Source of the DNA: Macrostomum lignano
Lineage: Eukaryota
Length of the DNA stretch: 64,000 nucleotides
Assembly: GCA_002269645.1 (NCBI GenBank)
Contig: NIVC01000814.1
Span: 248,001-312,000 of the forward strand
Direction of reading: 5' to 3'
How positions within the stretch are numbered: position 1 is the stretch's first letter; each line of letters opens with the position of its first letter. Both the position numbers and the translations under genes were made by a program. The notes under the pieces are model-generated. The model worked only from the letters and a program-made list of their open reading frames with translations, made no database searches and was not told the DNA's origin. Shown one piece after another: positions 63,055 to 64,000 of this stretch.

Positions 63055-63547
63055 GAGACAGACAGACGGACAGACAGAGAGACAGGCAGACAGAAAGACA
63101 GACAGACAGAGAGACAGACAGAGAGACAGGCAGACAGAGAGACAGAAAGACAGACAGGCTGACTGGCAGACAGACACCAGTTTATTCAACAAAACCCCAC
63201 ACGTTGCCGTTGCACCCGCAGCCGACATGGCTCGCTCGGCTCCGCAGACCCCGGTGGTGCCGTCGCAACACCCGCTGCAGGTCAGGCAGCACCAGTCCAT
63301 AGCCGAGGACGATTCCGCAGCCGCCGGTGCAGGCGCCGCCTCTACTTGGCAATGCCACAAGTGCACATTCGAAAATCATCCGGATTTGAAAGAGTGCGAA
63401 ATGTGCAACACGCCAAAGGCGCCGGCCTTCGTTGGCGGTCATCCGTTCTGTATCGGCGACGGTTGCGTCTGCCGATCCGGTGCCGACAGCGGCGACGGCT
63501 CCAGTCAGCAGCAGAGGCAGCAGCGAGTTGGAGAGCAGCCGCTCTAG
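59110..63547 (+). CDS. TAB2: TAB2/TAB3-like TAK1-binding adaptor (CUE - coiled coil - NZF), ~408 aa, 4 exons
   Basis: Exons 59110-59187, 60172-60523, 62061-62531, 63222-63547 (phases 0,1,1; total 1227 nt). CUE: LRVEFPHASPDLIRNLLQ/SGIGLEACRVAL; coiled coil: LSLQQKRLHHLQ...LQSDLSNMRDLL; NZF: WQCHKCTFENHPDLKECEMCNTP. Confidence 0.8.
59335..60055. repeat. 27-bp intronic minisatellite
   Basis: Unit GTGTCCGAGATTATGTCACTATAATTG. Confidence 0.9.
60605..62030. repeat. 32-bp intronic minisatellite
   Basis: Unit CTGATCCTCAGGCTGAGCAACTACTTGATTCC, ending ~30 nt before the acceptor at 62060. Confidence 0.95.
62533..63175. repeat. (GACA)n microsatellite starting inside a splice donor
   Basis: The donor GTGAGACAG runs directly into the GACA array. 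Confidence 0.95.
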
Positions 63548-63579
63548 GCTCCTTGTTGAGTTCTGCTTGATGACCAATA

Positions 63580-64000
63580 ATTCCTGGTGACTTATGGTGG
63601 GTCGAGCTTATCCTTGGAGTGACCCCTGGATCGAGCTTATCCTTGGAGTGACCTATCTGGAGCTTATCCTTGGAGTGACCTATCTGTAGCTTATTCTTGG
63701 AGTGACCCATCTGCAGCTTATAGTTGGAGTGACCCCATCTGGGACTTATCCTTGGAGTGACCCATCTGGAGCTTATCCTTGGAGTGACCCATCTGGAGCT
63801 TATCCTTGGAGTGACCCATCTGGAGCTTATCCTTGGAGTGACCCATCTGGAGCTTATCCTTAGAGTGACCCATCTGGAGCTTATAGTTGGAGTGACCCCA
63901 TCTGGGACTTATCCTTGGAGTGACCCATCTGGAGCTTATCCTTGGAGTGACCCATCTGGAGCTTATCCTTGGAGTAACCCATCTGGAGCTTATAGTTGGA
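63580..64000. repeat. 27-bp minisatellite 3' of the TAB2-like stop codon
   Basis: Unit CCCATCTGGAGCTTATCCTTGGAGTGA, running to the window end. Confidence 0.9.

Overview
Eukaryotic (invertebrate) genomic DNA; the very high minisatellite density and the gene style resemble the flatworm Macrostomum, but that is inference. I could build seven spliced gene models whose exons join in phase: (1) an orphan single-pass membrane protein (+, 5227-16364); (2) a tyramine-receptor-like aminergic GPCR (+, 20126-24943); (3) a DEG/ENaC channel with an N-terminal polyQ and one unresolved frame conflict (+, 26810-30050); (4) a 15-exon, 1043-aa type I membrane protein with two predicted ependymin/LolA-like domains and four PAN/apple domains (-, 30870-43902); (5) an ankyrin-repeat protein (+, 45689-49696); (6) a PH-RhoGAP-coiled-coil protein (+, 54360-57774); (7) a TAB2/3-like CUE-coiled-coil-NZF protein (+, 59110-63547). 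Most introns and 3' ends carry their own minisatellite, often directly against a splice site or stop codon; these arrays explain most long low-complexity ORFs in the track. Mobile DNA: a 5'-truncated RTE LINE, a nested LINE 3' fragment, two tRNA-derived SINE families (one sharing its core with a headless repeat), three inverted-repeat elements with 8-bp target duplications (37, 294 and 733 bp) and a decayed tyrosine-recombinase (Crypton-like) element. All coordinates, counts and family calls were made by eye, with no database searches.
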